Shown: positions 44,912-54,776 of the stretch, in pieces
Layout of the letters: each line of letters opens with the position of its first letter
How positions within the stretch are numbered: position 1 is the first letter of the stretch
The notes under the pieces: generated by a model
Seen by the model: only the letters and a program-made list of their open reading frames with translations
Database searches by the model: none
What the model was told of the DNA's origin: nothing
Program-made: the position numbers and the translations under genes
Assembly: GCA_049322915.1 (NCBI GenBank)
Contig: JBMOPW010000002.1
Span: 64,001-128,000, forward strand
Length of the DNA: 64,000 nt
Source of the DNA: Candidatus Zhuqueibacterota bacterium
Lineage (GTDB): Bacteria; Zhuqueibacterota; Zhuqueibacteria; Thermofontimicrobiales; Thermofontimicrobiaceae
Direction of reading: 5' to 3'

Positions 44912-46165
44912 ATGATGAAAAAACTAAGAAAGCCTGTTTATATAGCAGCAGGATTTAATACAATATCATTTGGCACGGGTCGCAAAGAATTCAATCCCAA
45001 GAAACCGCGTCCTGGGCTTGAGCATTACATAAAAGAAGCCGGGCTGGGCGTGATCAATCAGATCAGCAGTCCGGAGCATATCGACGAAGGCGTGATTGGC
45101 AATTTTATGGCCGCGCGGTTCAATCGCCAGGGACATCTGGCCGGCTTCATTCCGGACATTCATCCGGCTCTGGACTTGAAACCCTGCACGCGGGTCGAAG
45201 GCGCATGCGGTTCCGGCGGATTGAGCTGGCTGACAGCCGCCAAAGTCATTTTAGCCGACCTGGCTGATGTGGTCATTGCCCTGGGCGTGGAAGTTCAGAA
45301 TACCGTGAAGGCTATTTACGGCGCCGATATTCTGGCCGCCGCCGGGCACTATCTGGGCGAGCGCAAAAATGGCCATGCTTATTTCTTTCCTTCCAAATTC
45401 GATGAACGCGCCGGCGCCTGCTACGAGAAATTTGGTCACGATTATGTCCGCGAGGCCATGGCGCTCTGGTACAAGCAGGCTATTGAAAATGCGCGTAAAA
45501 ATCCCAAAGCTCAGGAATACCATAATAATTTGGATGACCTGTTCGCCGTGGGCATGACGCCGCCGAATCCGAAAACGTTTTTGCCGAATATCAATGTGTT
45601 CGATTGCTCCAAAGTCTCGGACGGCGCGTCGGCGCTCATCGTGGCTTCGGAAGAAGGGCTGGCAAAAATCGGCATCCCCAAATCCAGGGCCGTCGAGGTC
45701 ATCGGCTTCGGGCAGAGCGAAGGCAATTTGACCCGGCCACCGGAAGACAGAACGCGTCTCACGACCACAGCGGACGCCGCCAAAAAAGCATTCGCCATGA
45801 GCGGACTGTCCCAACAAAATATTGGTGTGCTGGAAGTGCACGACTGCTTCACGATCACCGGCCTGCTGGCGCTTGAGGCATGCGGATTTGTCGGCTACGG
45901 CGAGGCTGCCGGCTTCGTGAAAGAAGGCAGGACGAATTTCAATGCGGAACTGCCCACAAATGCAACCGGCGGACTGATTGGATTTGGTCATTACACCGGC
46001 GGCACCGGCGTCCGGCAGGTGGTGGATGTGCTGCATCAACTGACAAACCAGGCCGGCGATTCCCAGTTGAATGTGAATCCCGGGAAAAAATACGGCATGT
46101 CCATCAGCATGGGCGGGAATGACAAAACGGTCGTTATCGGTATGTTCAAACCGGCGGACGCGTAA
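44912..46165 (+). CDS. Thiolase (SCP2-type)
   Basis: EGACGSG, DCSKVSDGA, EVHDCF and GHYTGGTG motifs. Confidence 0.9.
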   Translation: MMKKLRKPVYIAAGFNTISFGTGRKEFNPKKPRPGLEHYIKEAGLGVINQISSPEHIDEGVIGNFMAARFNRQGHLAGFIPDIHPALDLKPCTRVEGACGSGGLSWLTAAKVILADLADVVIALGVEVQNTVKAIYGADILAAAGHYLGERKNGHAYFFPSKFDERAGACYEKFGHDYVREAMALWYKQAIENARKNPKAQEYHNNLDDLFAVGMTPPNPKTFLPNINVFDCSKVSDGASALIVASEEGLAKIGIPKSRAVEVIGFGQSEGNLTRPPEDRTRLTTTADAAKKAFAMSGLSQQNIGVLEVHDCFTITGLLALEACGFVGYGEAAGFVKEGRTNFNAELPTNATGGLIGFGHYTGGTGVRQVVDVLHQLTNQAGDSQLNVNPGKKYGMSISMGGNDKTVVIGMFKPADA

Positions 46166-46498
46166 ACGCTCACAGGAAGAGACCAGCTCAGTCTGAACTT
46201 TGCCGGTCGCAAACCGTGAAATGAAGTGAATCATCGTCGGCATTCTTGATTGAAGCGCCATGCCGGGATGAAAATATATCGCCATCCCGGCGGACGATTT
46301 TGCACTTCGATGCTTCTTCGTCAGGGAGACGGAAAGGTCGCAATGTCGCGGAGGGCGCAGGGAGAACTACCTTTCACAGATGACTTCATGCCAGATTGCG
46401 CCCTGATCGGCTTTCATCCGAACCGGCGATGGCCTGGCATGGCGCGCGGATAGATTGTAATCAATGCGTATATTTTGAATATTATTGGGAGGTGTGAC

Positions 46499-47014
46499 AT
46501 GTTATTCATAGCGAAAAAGTTGACCGGAATTCTCCTCATCTCGTTGATCTATGTCATGAGTTGCAGTTCACACAAAACGATCAATGTCGGTGAAACCTAT
46601 AGCCGGCTGAAACCGGCGGCGCCGCTGCCTGAACTGTTGGTTCAAAAGCAGCCGGCGAATCTCATCATCGATATTGGCAATGTCGCCGATATGAGCAACA
46701 GCTATAAAAACCGTCTCAAGGTGTATGTCAATGATTGTGTGATTCGTCCTGACGAAGAGAGCAATGTCAAGAGCCGCTATTACTTTGCGTTGAGTATGCA
46801 GCCCGGTTTCTACGACGTCAAAGCGGTCTATTATGCATCCACCGGCTGGATGGAAAAGAAATTTGATATTGTCCCCAAAGACCGCGTGATGGTTTTCGCG
46901 GACAAGCAGACCGTTCTGAAGGTGAATTTGCGCAAAGACTCCTGGGGAGCGCCAGTGGACAAGGTCACCCATTTCGATATGTCCGTCAATCCGATTCAAT
47001 CGGCCAATAAATAA
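46499..47014 (+). CDS. Hypothetical lipoprotein
   Basis: GGAGG RBS, hydrophobic signal with MSC lipobox. Confidence 0.65.
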   Translation: MLFIAKKLTGILLISLIYVMSCSSHKTINVGETYSRLKPAAPLPELLVQKQPANLIIDIGNVADMSNSYKNRLKVYVNDCVIRPDEESNVKSRYYFALSMQPGFYDVKAVYYASTGWMEKKFDIVPKDRVMVFADKQTVLKVNLRKDSWGAPVDKVTHFDMSVNPIQSANK

Positions 47015-47067
47015 TCGTCGCGACCGGGTTGGCTGGCACGCATGAAATTCAGCAGTCAGAGGTGCAG

Positions 47068-47670
47068 ATGAGGGAATCCGGGGCGGACAGGATTGCCGCC
47101 ATACTTTTAGCGGCCGGTTTTGGCTCCCGGCTACAAGCGCTGGGGCCAAAACCTCTGCTGAAGTGCCAGGGATCGTCGTTTCTCGAAAAGGCAGTCGAAA
47201 AGGCTGGCGCTGCCGGTTTCGATCCACTCATCATCGTGACCAATCCCGGATTGCTGCCGGCCATTTCGGAACTCCATGTTACCGCGCTCATTGCCATCAA
47301 TGACCAGCCGGAAAACGGGATGCTGTCCTCGATCCACATTGGGATGCGTCTTTTGCCGGCGGATTGTTCGGGTTTCCTGCTTTGTCCCATTGACTATCCC
47401 CTCGTCACGTTCGAAACATTTCACCGCATCTTCGAAGCCCATCGTCTCCATCCAGATCGGATCATCAAACCGATGTACGAAAGTAAATCAGGGCACCCCA
47501 TCGTTATTCCAGCCGCGCTGTTCGAGGCCCTGGGCCGGATTCTTCCAAATCAGGGCGCGCGGTATCTGCTTCAGCAGCACCCCGCTCTCCTGCATGAGCT
47601 TTCGGTTGCTGATCCGGGCATCCTCATCAACATCAACACGCCGGAACTTTTTCATCACTATTGTGAATAA
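47068..47670 (+). CDS. MocA-like molybdenum cofactor nucleotidyltransferase
   Basis: LLAAGFGSR, GMLSSI, DYP, GHP and NINTP motifs; adjacent to xdhC. Confidence 0.82.
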   Translation: MRESGADRIAAILLAAGFGSRLQALGPKPLLKCQGSSFLEKAVEKAGAAGFDPLIIVTNPGLLPAISELHVTALIAINDQPENGMLSSIHIGMRLLPADCSGFLLCPIDYPLVTFETFHRIFEAHRLHPDRIIKPMYESKSGHPIVIPAALFEALGRILPNQGARYLLQQHPALLHELSVADPGILININTPELFHHYCE

Positions 47671-47877
47671 ATCAATTGATTTTTGATGATTCAGTTCTTA
47701 TATTAAAATCCACTTTCGATGCGCCAGGCCTGACCGCTTCACTCGACAGCAATGAGCGCTGGCAGCGCGATCCGATGCGTTTACGAACGCGAGTGGCTGG
47801 AACGGGACTATCTGATGCTTCGGGAGCGGTTCAGCCCTGTTCAGCAAGTGATAATCAGAGAAGTAGCCGGAGGCAAG

Positions 47878-48711
47878 ATGAGCGAACTGATCGAGCGGGT
47901 CGCTTTTTTAAAAAAATCTCAGATGACATTTTGCATCGTCACCGTGGTGGAATCGGCCGGAGCCACGCCGCGCAAGGCAGGCGCGCGCGCTATTATTTTC
48001 CCTGACCGGAGTCTCGAAGGGACTGTCGGCGGCGGCGCCATTGAGCAGGAAGCGATCAGTGTCGCTCTCGCCGTGCTGGCCGATAAAAAGCCGTGCCTGA
48101 AACGATACGATCTGGACGCGCTAGAAACGGATGCCATGATTTGCGGCGGCGCAATGACCCTGTATTTCGAACCGGTGTTGCCGGATCGGCTCTTGACGAT
48201 TTTCGGAGGAGGCCACGTCGGACGGGCCCTAGCGCGAGTCGCTCACGAGGCTGGCTGGTTGATCCGCGTGGTGGATGAGCGGGAGGGAATTTTCGAGACA
48301 AATTTGTTTCCGGAACGATCCCAATTGATACGGGAGCCGTTCGCGGAATTCATCGATAGAAATGAATTCGGGCAAAACGACTGGATCGCCATTGTCACGC
48401 CCAAACACAAAAACGACGAGCAGGTGCTTGAGGGTGTCATTCACTCGTCGGCGGCCTACATCGGCATGATGGGTTCGCCCAAAAAAGTGAAAGAGACCAT
48501 GGCCAACCTGCTGCAAAAAGGCATCCCGCAATCGCTGCTGGATGCTGTGTATGCCCCGGTCGGGTTGAATATTGCCACGGAAACGCCTGGCGAAATCGCT
48601 GTTTCCATCGTCGCAGAAATGCTGGCCATTCTACATCGCATCCCGGCGATTAAATCATTTTCCCGCAGGCAGGATATCGCATTCAATGAAAAGGATCAAT
48701 CACACGCATGA
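47878..48711 (+). CDS. xdhC: XdhC/CoxI family accessory protein
   Basis: PRKAGA, GTVGGGAIE, MICGG, FGGGHVG, YIGMMGS and PVGLNI...PGEIAVSI motifs; GGAGG RBS before ATG 47878. Confidence 0.88.
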   Translation: MSELIERVAFLKKSQMTFCIVTVVESAGATPRKAGARAIIFPDRSLEGTVGGGAIEQEAISVALAVLADKKPCLKRYDLDALETDAMICGGAMTLYFEPVLPDRLLTIFGGGHVGRALARVAHEAGWLIRVVDEREGIFETNLFPERSQLIREPFAEFIDRNEFGQNDWIAIVTPKHKNDEQVLEGVIHSSAAYIGMMGSPKKVKETMANLLQKGIPQSLLDAVYAPVGLNIATETPGEIAVSIVAEMLAILHRIPAIKSFSRRQDIAFNEKDQSHA

Positions 48712-50351
48712 AAAAATTCCGGACCACGCTGTACCATTGGCTGCTTTTCTCTCTCTCAATTTTTAGCACGTCTTTTGCGAATACAATTACCGGCCGCGTA
48801 ATCGATACCAACAGTGACACTCCGATCAATCAGGCACAGGTCATCGTCGTTCAAACCGCCGGTCAAACGGACACTGTCTTTTCAGGATCAGACGGCGTCT
48901 GGACATTCGATCTCACTGCAACCGGAGTGAGCGAGCGTCCCGAACTGCCGGTTCAATTTCAGGTGGAGCAAAACTACCCCAACCCATTCAATCCGGCGAC
49001 CCTCATAAAATTTTCTCTGTTCGAAGCCGGAAATGTCGGAATTGTTGTCCACAATATGTTGGGCCAGAAACTGGCTGACCAGGAGCAATTTCTCAGCGCC
49101 GGTAACTACGCGATCGAGTGGCGCAGCAACGGCGCGGCCGGCGTCTATTTTTATACTCTCAGCCACGGCAAAACGTCCATCACCAAAAAGATGATTCAAC
49201 TGGATGGCGGATACGCCGGCGGCTTGTCCGCGATTCGCTCCGGGAGCGGGTTTTCAACGGGTTTCGAGAAACCAGCGGCGCCCATTCCAATTACATTGCA
49301 CACCTCAAAATTTGGCTACATCCCGGACACACTGGAAGCCGTCGCCGAGGATGGGAGTGATTTCCAGGTTCGACTGGAGACAATCCACCATCATGCGCTG
49401 GTCATTGATCTGCACAACGATATTCTCGAACGCATGTTAGAAAGCCCATCCTATCATCTGGGCGATTCGCACCGTTACTGGCACACGGATATTCCGCGGT
49501 TGCAGCGCGGCGGCGTGGATATTCAGTTTTTCGCCGACTGGGTAAGTCCATCTCAATACCCCAACAATCCCTATGAAATTTCAGTGGAACTCATCGCGTT
49601 GATGACCAAAGAGTTTGGCCTCAATCCCGATGATATTCAACAGGCGTTTGACCCACAGGATGCGCTGGATGTCGTGGCCCGGGGAAAAATTGCCGGCGTG
49701 CTTGGCGTGGAAGGCGGCCATGCCATCGAAAACAGCATCGAAAAACTGATAACGCTGTACCAGTCCGGCATGCGCTACCTCACCATCACCTGGAACAACA
49801 GCACGGACTGGGCCGTCTCCGCCGCGGATTCGCGTTCGAAAACGGTCGGGCTGTCGGAATTTGGCAAGCAGGTCATTCGAACCATGGATTCGCTGGGGGT
49901 GATCATTGATGTATCCCATACCGGCGTGAAGACCATCGAAGACATCCTTCTCATCACGAAAAATCCTATTGTCGCCACCCATTCCGGCGCGTGGGCGCTG
50001 CGGAACCACACCCGCAATCTGACCGACTCCCAGATTCAGGCAATAGCGAACAGCGGGGGAGTTGTCGGCGTGGTCTTTTACCCATATTTCCTTTCCTATT
50101 CAGAGAACAATGTGAACATCAATACCGTCATTTCGCACATCGATTATATCGTCAATCTGGTGGGCATTGACTTTGTTGCGCTGGGCTCGGATTTTGACGG
50201 CATCGAAATTGTGCCCCGGGGGCTGGAGGATGTCTCCAAGTTCCCGGATCTGACGCTGGCGCTGCTGCAACGTGGCTATTCCCAGGGTGATGTGGAGAAA
50301 ATACTTGGGCTCAATTTTCTGAGAGTCTTTCAACAGGTGTGCGGGAAATAG
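48708..50351 (+). CDS. M19 (membrane/renal-type) dipeptidase with N-terminal Ig-like region and internal sorting-domain-like segment
   Basis: Signal peptide; internal QNYPNPFN; DLHND, EGG, DVSH, THS and GSDFDG motifs. Confidence 0.88.
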   Translation: MKKFRTTLYHWLLFSLSIFSTSFANTITGRVIDTNSDTPINQAQVIVVQTAGQTDTVFSGSDGVWTFDLTATGVSERPELPVQFQVEQNYPNPFNPATLIKFSLFEAGNVGIVVHNMLGQKLADQEQFLSAGNYAIEWRSNGAAGVYFYTLSHGKTSITKKMIQLDGGYAGGLSAIRSGSGFSTGFEKPAAPIPITLHTSKFGYIPDTLEAVAEDGSDFQVRLETIHHHALVIDLHNDILERMLESPSYHLGDSHRYWHTDIPRLQRGGVDIQFFADWVSPSQYPNNPYEISVELIALMTKEFGLNPDDIQQAFDPQDALDVVARGKIAGVLGVEGGHAIENSIEKLITLYQSGMRYLTITWNNSTDWAVSAADSRSKTVGLSEFGKQVIRTMDSLGVIIDVSHTGVKTIEDILLITKNPIVATHSGAWALRNHTRNLTDSQIQAIANSGGVVGVVFYPYFLSYSENNVNINTVISHIDYIVNLVGIDFVALGSDFDGIEIVPRGLEDVSKFPDLTLALLQRGYSQGDVEKILGLNFLRVFQQVCGK

Positions 50352-50397
50352 GTGTTCCTTCATTTCTGGTGACCGATGCGCCCGGCCGCCGGAATGA

Positions 50398-51531
50398 ATG
50401 GGCAGAATTCCGCTGCCGGAGAATTTCAGAGCGCGCATCCCGGGCCATGCCCGATACCACAATATTTTACTGGAGTTCATTTTGAAACGAGAATTAAATT
50501 TCAATCGCTTGCGCACTGCACTTTTTGGGGGCGTGCCTGATTGCGTCCCGCTCCTTGAATTGGCTATTGCCGATTCGATCAAGCAACGGTACATCGGCCG
50601 GCCCATTGCCGGCGTGCGCGAGAAAATCGAGTTTGCACAAAAAGCGGGCTACGATTATGTCCGGTTGGCGCCCAAAATTGATCTCAATCCCGGCAAGATC
50701 GCTCCCAAAGAAGGCGCGCGAAAATCACATTCCACTGCGCAGACAGGCGAGCGAAACTGGCACGCCAGCAGTCAGGGAATGATCACCACGGTGGCGGAAT
50801 TTGAACAATTCCAGTGGCCGTCGATGGAATCGGTGAATTATTCGGAGTTCGAGGCAGCGCAATCCGCTCTGCCGGATGGGATGAAAATCATCGGCCAGTA
50901 CGGTGACATTTTCACATGGACCTGGGATTTCATGGGATTTGAAACCTTCTCGTTCGCCCTCATCGATAACCCGGCGCTCGTCGCGGCGCTGTTCGATAAA
51001 ATCGGCGCCATTGTTCTGGAGTTGTTCGAAACCATGGCCGACTTCGACGCCATTGGCGCATTTTTTTACAGCGACGATATTGCCATCAATACCGGCCTGT
51101 TCGTTGCGCCGCAGGTCTATCGCCAGTACCTGTTTCCGTGGATGAAAAAAATCGGCGCTATTTGCCAACGCAGAAATATACCATTCATTTATCACACGGA
51201 CGGCAATATCTGGGAAGTTCTGGATGACTTAAAAGACTGCCGTGTGAACGCGCTGCAGCCTGTCGAACCTCATGCCATGGATATTGTGGAATTGAAAGCC
51301 AAACGCGGGCGCGATTTTTGCCTCGTCGGCAATGTGGACGTGGACCTGCTGTCCCGCGGTACGACCCGGCAGGTCGAGGATGAAGTGAAACGGCTGTTGC
51401 GCCAGGTTGCGCAGGGCGGTGGCTTCTGCCTCGGCTCCGGCAACACCGTGCCGGACTATGCGATTTTCGAAAACTACCTGGCCATGATTGAGACAGGCAA
51501 GACCTATGGCCGTTATCCCATTTCATTCTGA
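50398..51531 (+). CDS. Uroporphyrinogen decarboxylase-fold (URO-D/MtaA-like) protein
   Basis: SDDIA, HTDG, GNVD and GSGNTV motifs; true start is probably downstream of 50398. Confidence 0.82.
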   Translation: MGRIPLPENFRARIPGHARYHNILLEFILKRELNFNRLRTALFGGVPDCVPLLELAIADSIKQRYIGRPIAGVREKIEFAQKAGYDYVRLAPKIDLNPGKIAPKEGARKSHSTAQTGERNWHASSQGMITTVAEFEQFQWPSMESVNYSEFEAAQSALPDGMKIIGQYGDIFTWTWDFMGFETFSFALIDNPALVAALFDKIGAIVLELFETMADFDAIGAFFYSDDIAINTGLFVAPQVYRQYLFPWMKKIGAICQRRNIPFIYHTDGNIWEVLDDLKDCRVNALQPVEPHAMDIVELKAKRGRDFCLVGNVDVDLLSRGTTRQVEDEVKRLLRQVAQGGGFCLGSGNTVPDYAIFENYLAMIETGKTYGRYPISF

Positions 51532-51542
51532 CGAAGGATGCG

Positions 51543-52337
51543 ATGAACATTGGGCTGATACAGTTTGATGTCACGTTTGGCCAGCCGAAATTGAACATCG
51601 ACCGGGCAATTCGGCTGATGGAACAGTCAATCGCTGATCTCTGGGTGTTGCCGGAGTTGTTTCACAGCGGCTACTCGTTTACGTCGCGAGATGAACTGGC
51701 CGCATTGGCGGAACCGATACCCGATGGTCAAACGTGTCAGGCGCTCCTGGCATACGCAGCAAAACAATCGTGCGCCATTGTCGCCGGGATCGCTGAAAGC
51801 GCCGGCGGCCAATTTTACAATTCCGCCGCGCTCATCACCAAAGACGGGGTGGTGGGCGTCTATCGAAAAGTCCATCTGTTCGATCGGGAGAAATTCTGGT
51901 TCTCACCGGGGGATCTGCCTTTTTCGGTTCATAAAATCAATTACGTCGCTATCGGCATGATGATCTGTTTCGACTGGCTTTTCCCTGAGGCTGCCCGTAC
52001 CCTGGCGTTGAAGGGCGCGGACGTCCTCTGTCATCCATCAAATCTGGTATTGCCGTACTGCCAGAGCGCCATGATCACGCGCTGTCTGGAAAATCGCGTT
52101 TTTGCCATCACGGCGAATCGGATTGGCGCAGAATCGAGGGGCGACGGCTCGCTGACCTTCACCGGGGGAAGCCAGATCATCGATCCGCGCGGTCAAATCC
52201 TGTTTCGGGCCGGCAGAGACACCGAGGAGAGCGTCGTTGTTTCCATTGATCCGGAGTTAGCGCGCGACAAATCCATCACGCGGAACAACAACGCGCTGAA
52301 CGACCGGCGACCTGATATGTATGAAATGGGTGGATGA
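51543..52337 (+). CDS. Carbon-nitrogen hydrolase (nitrilase family)
   Basis: LPE, YRKVHLF and ICFDW give the E-K-C triad. Confidence 0.92.
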   Translation: MNIGLIQFDVTFGQPKLNIDRAIRLMEQSIADLWVLPELFHSGYSFTSRDELAALAEPIPDGQTCQALLAYAAKQSCAIVAGIAESAGGQFYNSAALITKDGVVGVYRKVHLFDREKFWFSPGDLPFSVHKINYVAIGMMICFDWLFPEAARTLALKGADVLCHPSNLVLPYCQSAMITRCLENRVFAITANRIGAESRGDGSLTFTGGSQIIDPRGQILFRAGRDTEESVVVSIDPELARDKSITRNNNALNDRRPDMYEMGG

Positions 52338-53200
52338 ATTTGGAACGGTACTACATCGATTTAAATAAATGTTTGGGCGAAGATTTTTCCGAATACGAAT
52401 TCGATGACCAGGGGATTCCGTTGAACCATCTGTACCCGGCGTCCGGCGGCAGCTACAATCCGATCACCGTGTGCCAATACGGGCTTTTTCATTTCAATAA
52501 ATTCGTGGACAGCGGAGATTCATCAGCGCGTACGACGTTTCTGGCTCAGGCAAACTGGCTGATTCAATCCGCGCGACCGGGAGCGAATGATTCCAGCGTC
52601 TGGCCGTATCATTTCGACCTGCCGTTTTACAACATTACGGCGCCGTGGATTTCCGGCATGGCCCAGGGCGAGGCCCTTTCCGTGCTGGTGCGGGCCTTTT
52701 CCCTCAGTCAGGATCACGCCTATCTGGCCGTGGCGCACAACGCCTGGAATATCTTTGCTGTGAACGTCGGGCAGGGCGGCGTGATGAGTGGTTTCCCGGA
52801 CGGCAGCCCGCTGGTGGAGGAATATCCCACTCCCGGTCATGTCACGGCGGTGCTGAACGGCTTCATCTTCGCGATATTCGGCGTGTACGATTACTGGAAA
52901 TTCACCGGCAACGAAGACGCCGGCCAATTGTACAGGCAGTTGATACAGAGCCTTGCTGCCAATTTGCATCGGTACGACAGCGGATACTGGTCTTATTACG
53001 AATTGAAATCCCCAAAGCGGCTGGCTTCCCGATCCTATCACCGGCTGCATCTGGAACAATTGCAGAAGCTGTACGACATCGCGCCGGAGCCGCAGTTTGC
53101 CCATTACCTGAATCGGTTTAGCGTCTATCAGGAATCAACGCGCTGCAAAATCCGATGGACGATTCACAAGCTGGGGCAGAAAATTTTCTGGCGCGTCTGA
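52334..53200 (+). CDS. D-glucuronyl C5-epimerase family protein
   Basis: WISGMAQG, EEYP, VLNGFIF, YDSGYWSYY and YHRLH..QL match the C5-epimerase C-terminal domain motifs. Confidence 0.85.
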   Translation: MNLERYYIDLNKCLGEDFSEYEFDDQGIPLNHLYPASGGSYNPITVCQYGLFHFNKFVDSGDSSARTTFLAQANWLIQSARPGANDSSVWPYHFDLPFYNITAPWISGMAQGEALSVLVRAFSLSQDHAYLAVAHNAWNIFAVNVGQGGVMSGFPDGSPLVEEYPTPGHVTAVLNGFIFAIFGVYDYWKFTGNEDAGQLYRQLIQSLAANLHRYDSGYWSYYELKSPKRLASRSYHRLHLEQLQKLYDIAPEPQFAHYLNRFSVYQESTRCKIRWTIHKLGQKIFWRV

Positions 53201-53309
53201 GAAAGGCGCCTCGCTGGTGCGGTCGGAGAACTCAGGCAGCCCGATCAGCAGCGCGCAGATTGCATCCCGAATTCAAACCATCGTCGTCATTTACAAAATT
53301 GGAGAACGC

Positions 53310-54776
53310 ATGTTTCAGTCTCTGCTTCGGTTGACAAAACATTCAGCAATTTATGGTGTGGGACATGTCCTGAGCCGATCCGTGGTCATTTTCCTGCTGC
53401 CGCTGCATACGAATTTGATCTCCAAACAGGAGTATGGAATTGCCACGCAGCTCTTTGCATTTATGGCCATCGTGGCTATCATCTATTCCTATGGCATGAA
53501 CACGGCGTTTCTCCAGTTTTTCATGCTGGAAAAAAAACAAAAGAAGCAGAAGGAAATTTTTTCAACGGCCTATTTCGCAACCCTGGCGAGTTCGATTCTG
53601 TTCTCCCTGGTCCTTGTGGTCAGCGCCGGTTTTGTCTCCCGCGTGCTTTTTGGTTCGCCGGACTACGCTCACCTCATCCGAATCAGCGCCGGTATTCTGT
53701 CGCTGGACGCCATGCTGCTGTTGTCGTTCAACGTGCTGCGCGCTCTGGAAAAATCAGTCAACTACGTGGCGATTAATCTCATCTCCGTGGTCATTAATGT
53801 ATTCTTCAATTTCTATTACATCTCCTGGGCCAACGCCGGAGTGACCGGCATTTTCTACGCCAACCTGATCTCTTCACTGGCCACTTTTTTCATGCTATTC
53901 CCGGTCACCTTCAAAAATTTGAACTGGCGTTTCTCCAAAACTCGATTTAAGGACATGGCGCGATTTGGTCTCCCGTTCATTCCCTCGACCATCTCCATCG
54001 CCATGATGTCCGTGATCGACCGGTTTTTCATCAACAAATATATGGGACTCGAAGCGGCCGGCGTGTACGGCGCCGGCTACAAGCTGGCGCTGATTGTGAA
54101 CCTGATGGTGACGGCCTTCCGGTTCGCGTGGCAGCCCTTTTTCACATCGATGGCTGACCAGAAAGAAGCCAGGGAGGTGTTCGCGCGGGTATTCACCTAT
54201 TTCGCGCTCCTCAGCAGCTACTTCTTTTTACTGTTTCTCATGTTCGTGGATCAGCTTGTTCGATTCAAATTTTTCGGGTTCACGCTGTTCGGGAAGGAGT
54301 TCTGGAACTGCTCAGAAATTGTCCCGGTGATTGTGCTGGCCTATATTTTCTACGGCTTCTACCTGAATTTCAATGTCGGCATTTATCTCGAAGAAAAAAC
54401 CAGGTACCTCATGTACATCAACGCTGCCGGCGCGCTGATCACCATTATCGGCAACGCGCTGCTCATTCCCCCAATGCAATTGATGGGCGCTGCCTACTCC
54501 GCGCTGTTAGCCTATGGCGTAATGATGGCGCTCATCTACGTTGTGGCGCAACGCATCTATTACATCCGGTACGAATACGGCCGGCTGCTGCGGATTGTGA
54601 TTTTGACCGTCTTCATCTTCTTGTTGTATGAAATTTTGGAACTGGAATTTGCCACGCTGGTGAAGATCGGGTTGCTCGCCGTGTACACGCTGTTCCTTTT
54701 CCTGTCCGGATTTTTCGAGAAGCGCGAAATCTCAAAATTCAAATCAATCATGAAAAAATCGTTATGGCAAAATTAG
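53310..54776 (+). CDS. Wzx-like oligosaccharide flippase
   Basis: Many TM segments; IDRFFI and GVYGAGYK motifs; GGAG RBS before ATG 53310. Confidence 0.88.
   Translation: MFQSLLRLTKHSAIYGVGHVLSRSVVIFLLPLHTNLISKQEYGIATQLFAFMAIVAIIYSYGMNTAFLQFFMLEKKQKKQKEIFSTAYFATLASSILFSLVLVVSAGFVSRVLFGSPDYAHLIRISAGILSLDAMLLLSFNVLRALEKSVNYVAINLISVVINVFFNFYYISWANAGVTGIFYANLISSLATFFMLFPVTFKNLNWRFSKTRFKDMARFGLPFIPSTISIAMMSVIDRFFINKYMGLEAAGVYGAGYKLALIVNLMVTAFRFAWQPFFTSMADQKEAREVFARVFTYFALLSSYFFLLFLMFVDQLVRFKFFGFTLFGKEFWNCSEIVPVIVLAYIFYGFYLNFNVGIYLEEKTRYLMYINAAGALITIIGNALLIPPMQLMGAAYSALLAYGVMMALIYVVAQRIYYIRYEYGRLLRIVILTVFIFLLYEILELEFATLVKIGLLAVYTLFLFLSGFFEKREISKFKSIMKKSLWQN

Noticed and set aside
46166..46470. Possible ncRNA or riboswitch after the thiolase gene
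   Set aside because: Only isolated hairpins are visible (GCCGGGATG...CATCCCGGC, AGGGCGCA...TGCGCCCT), with no family consensus that I recognise.
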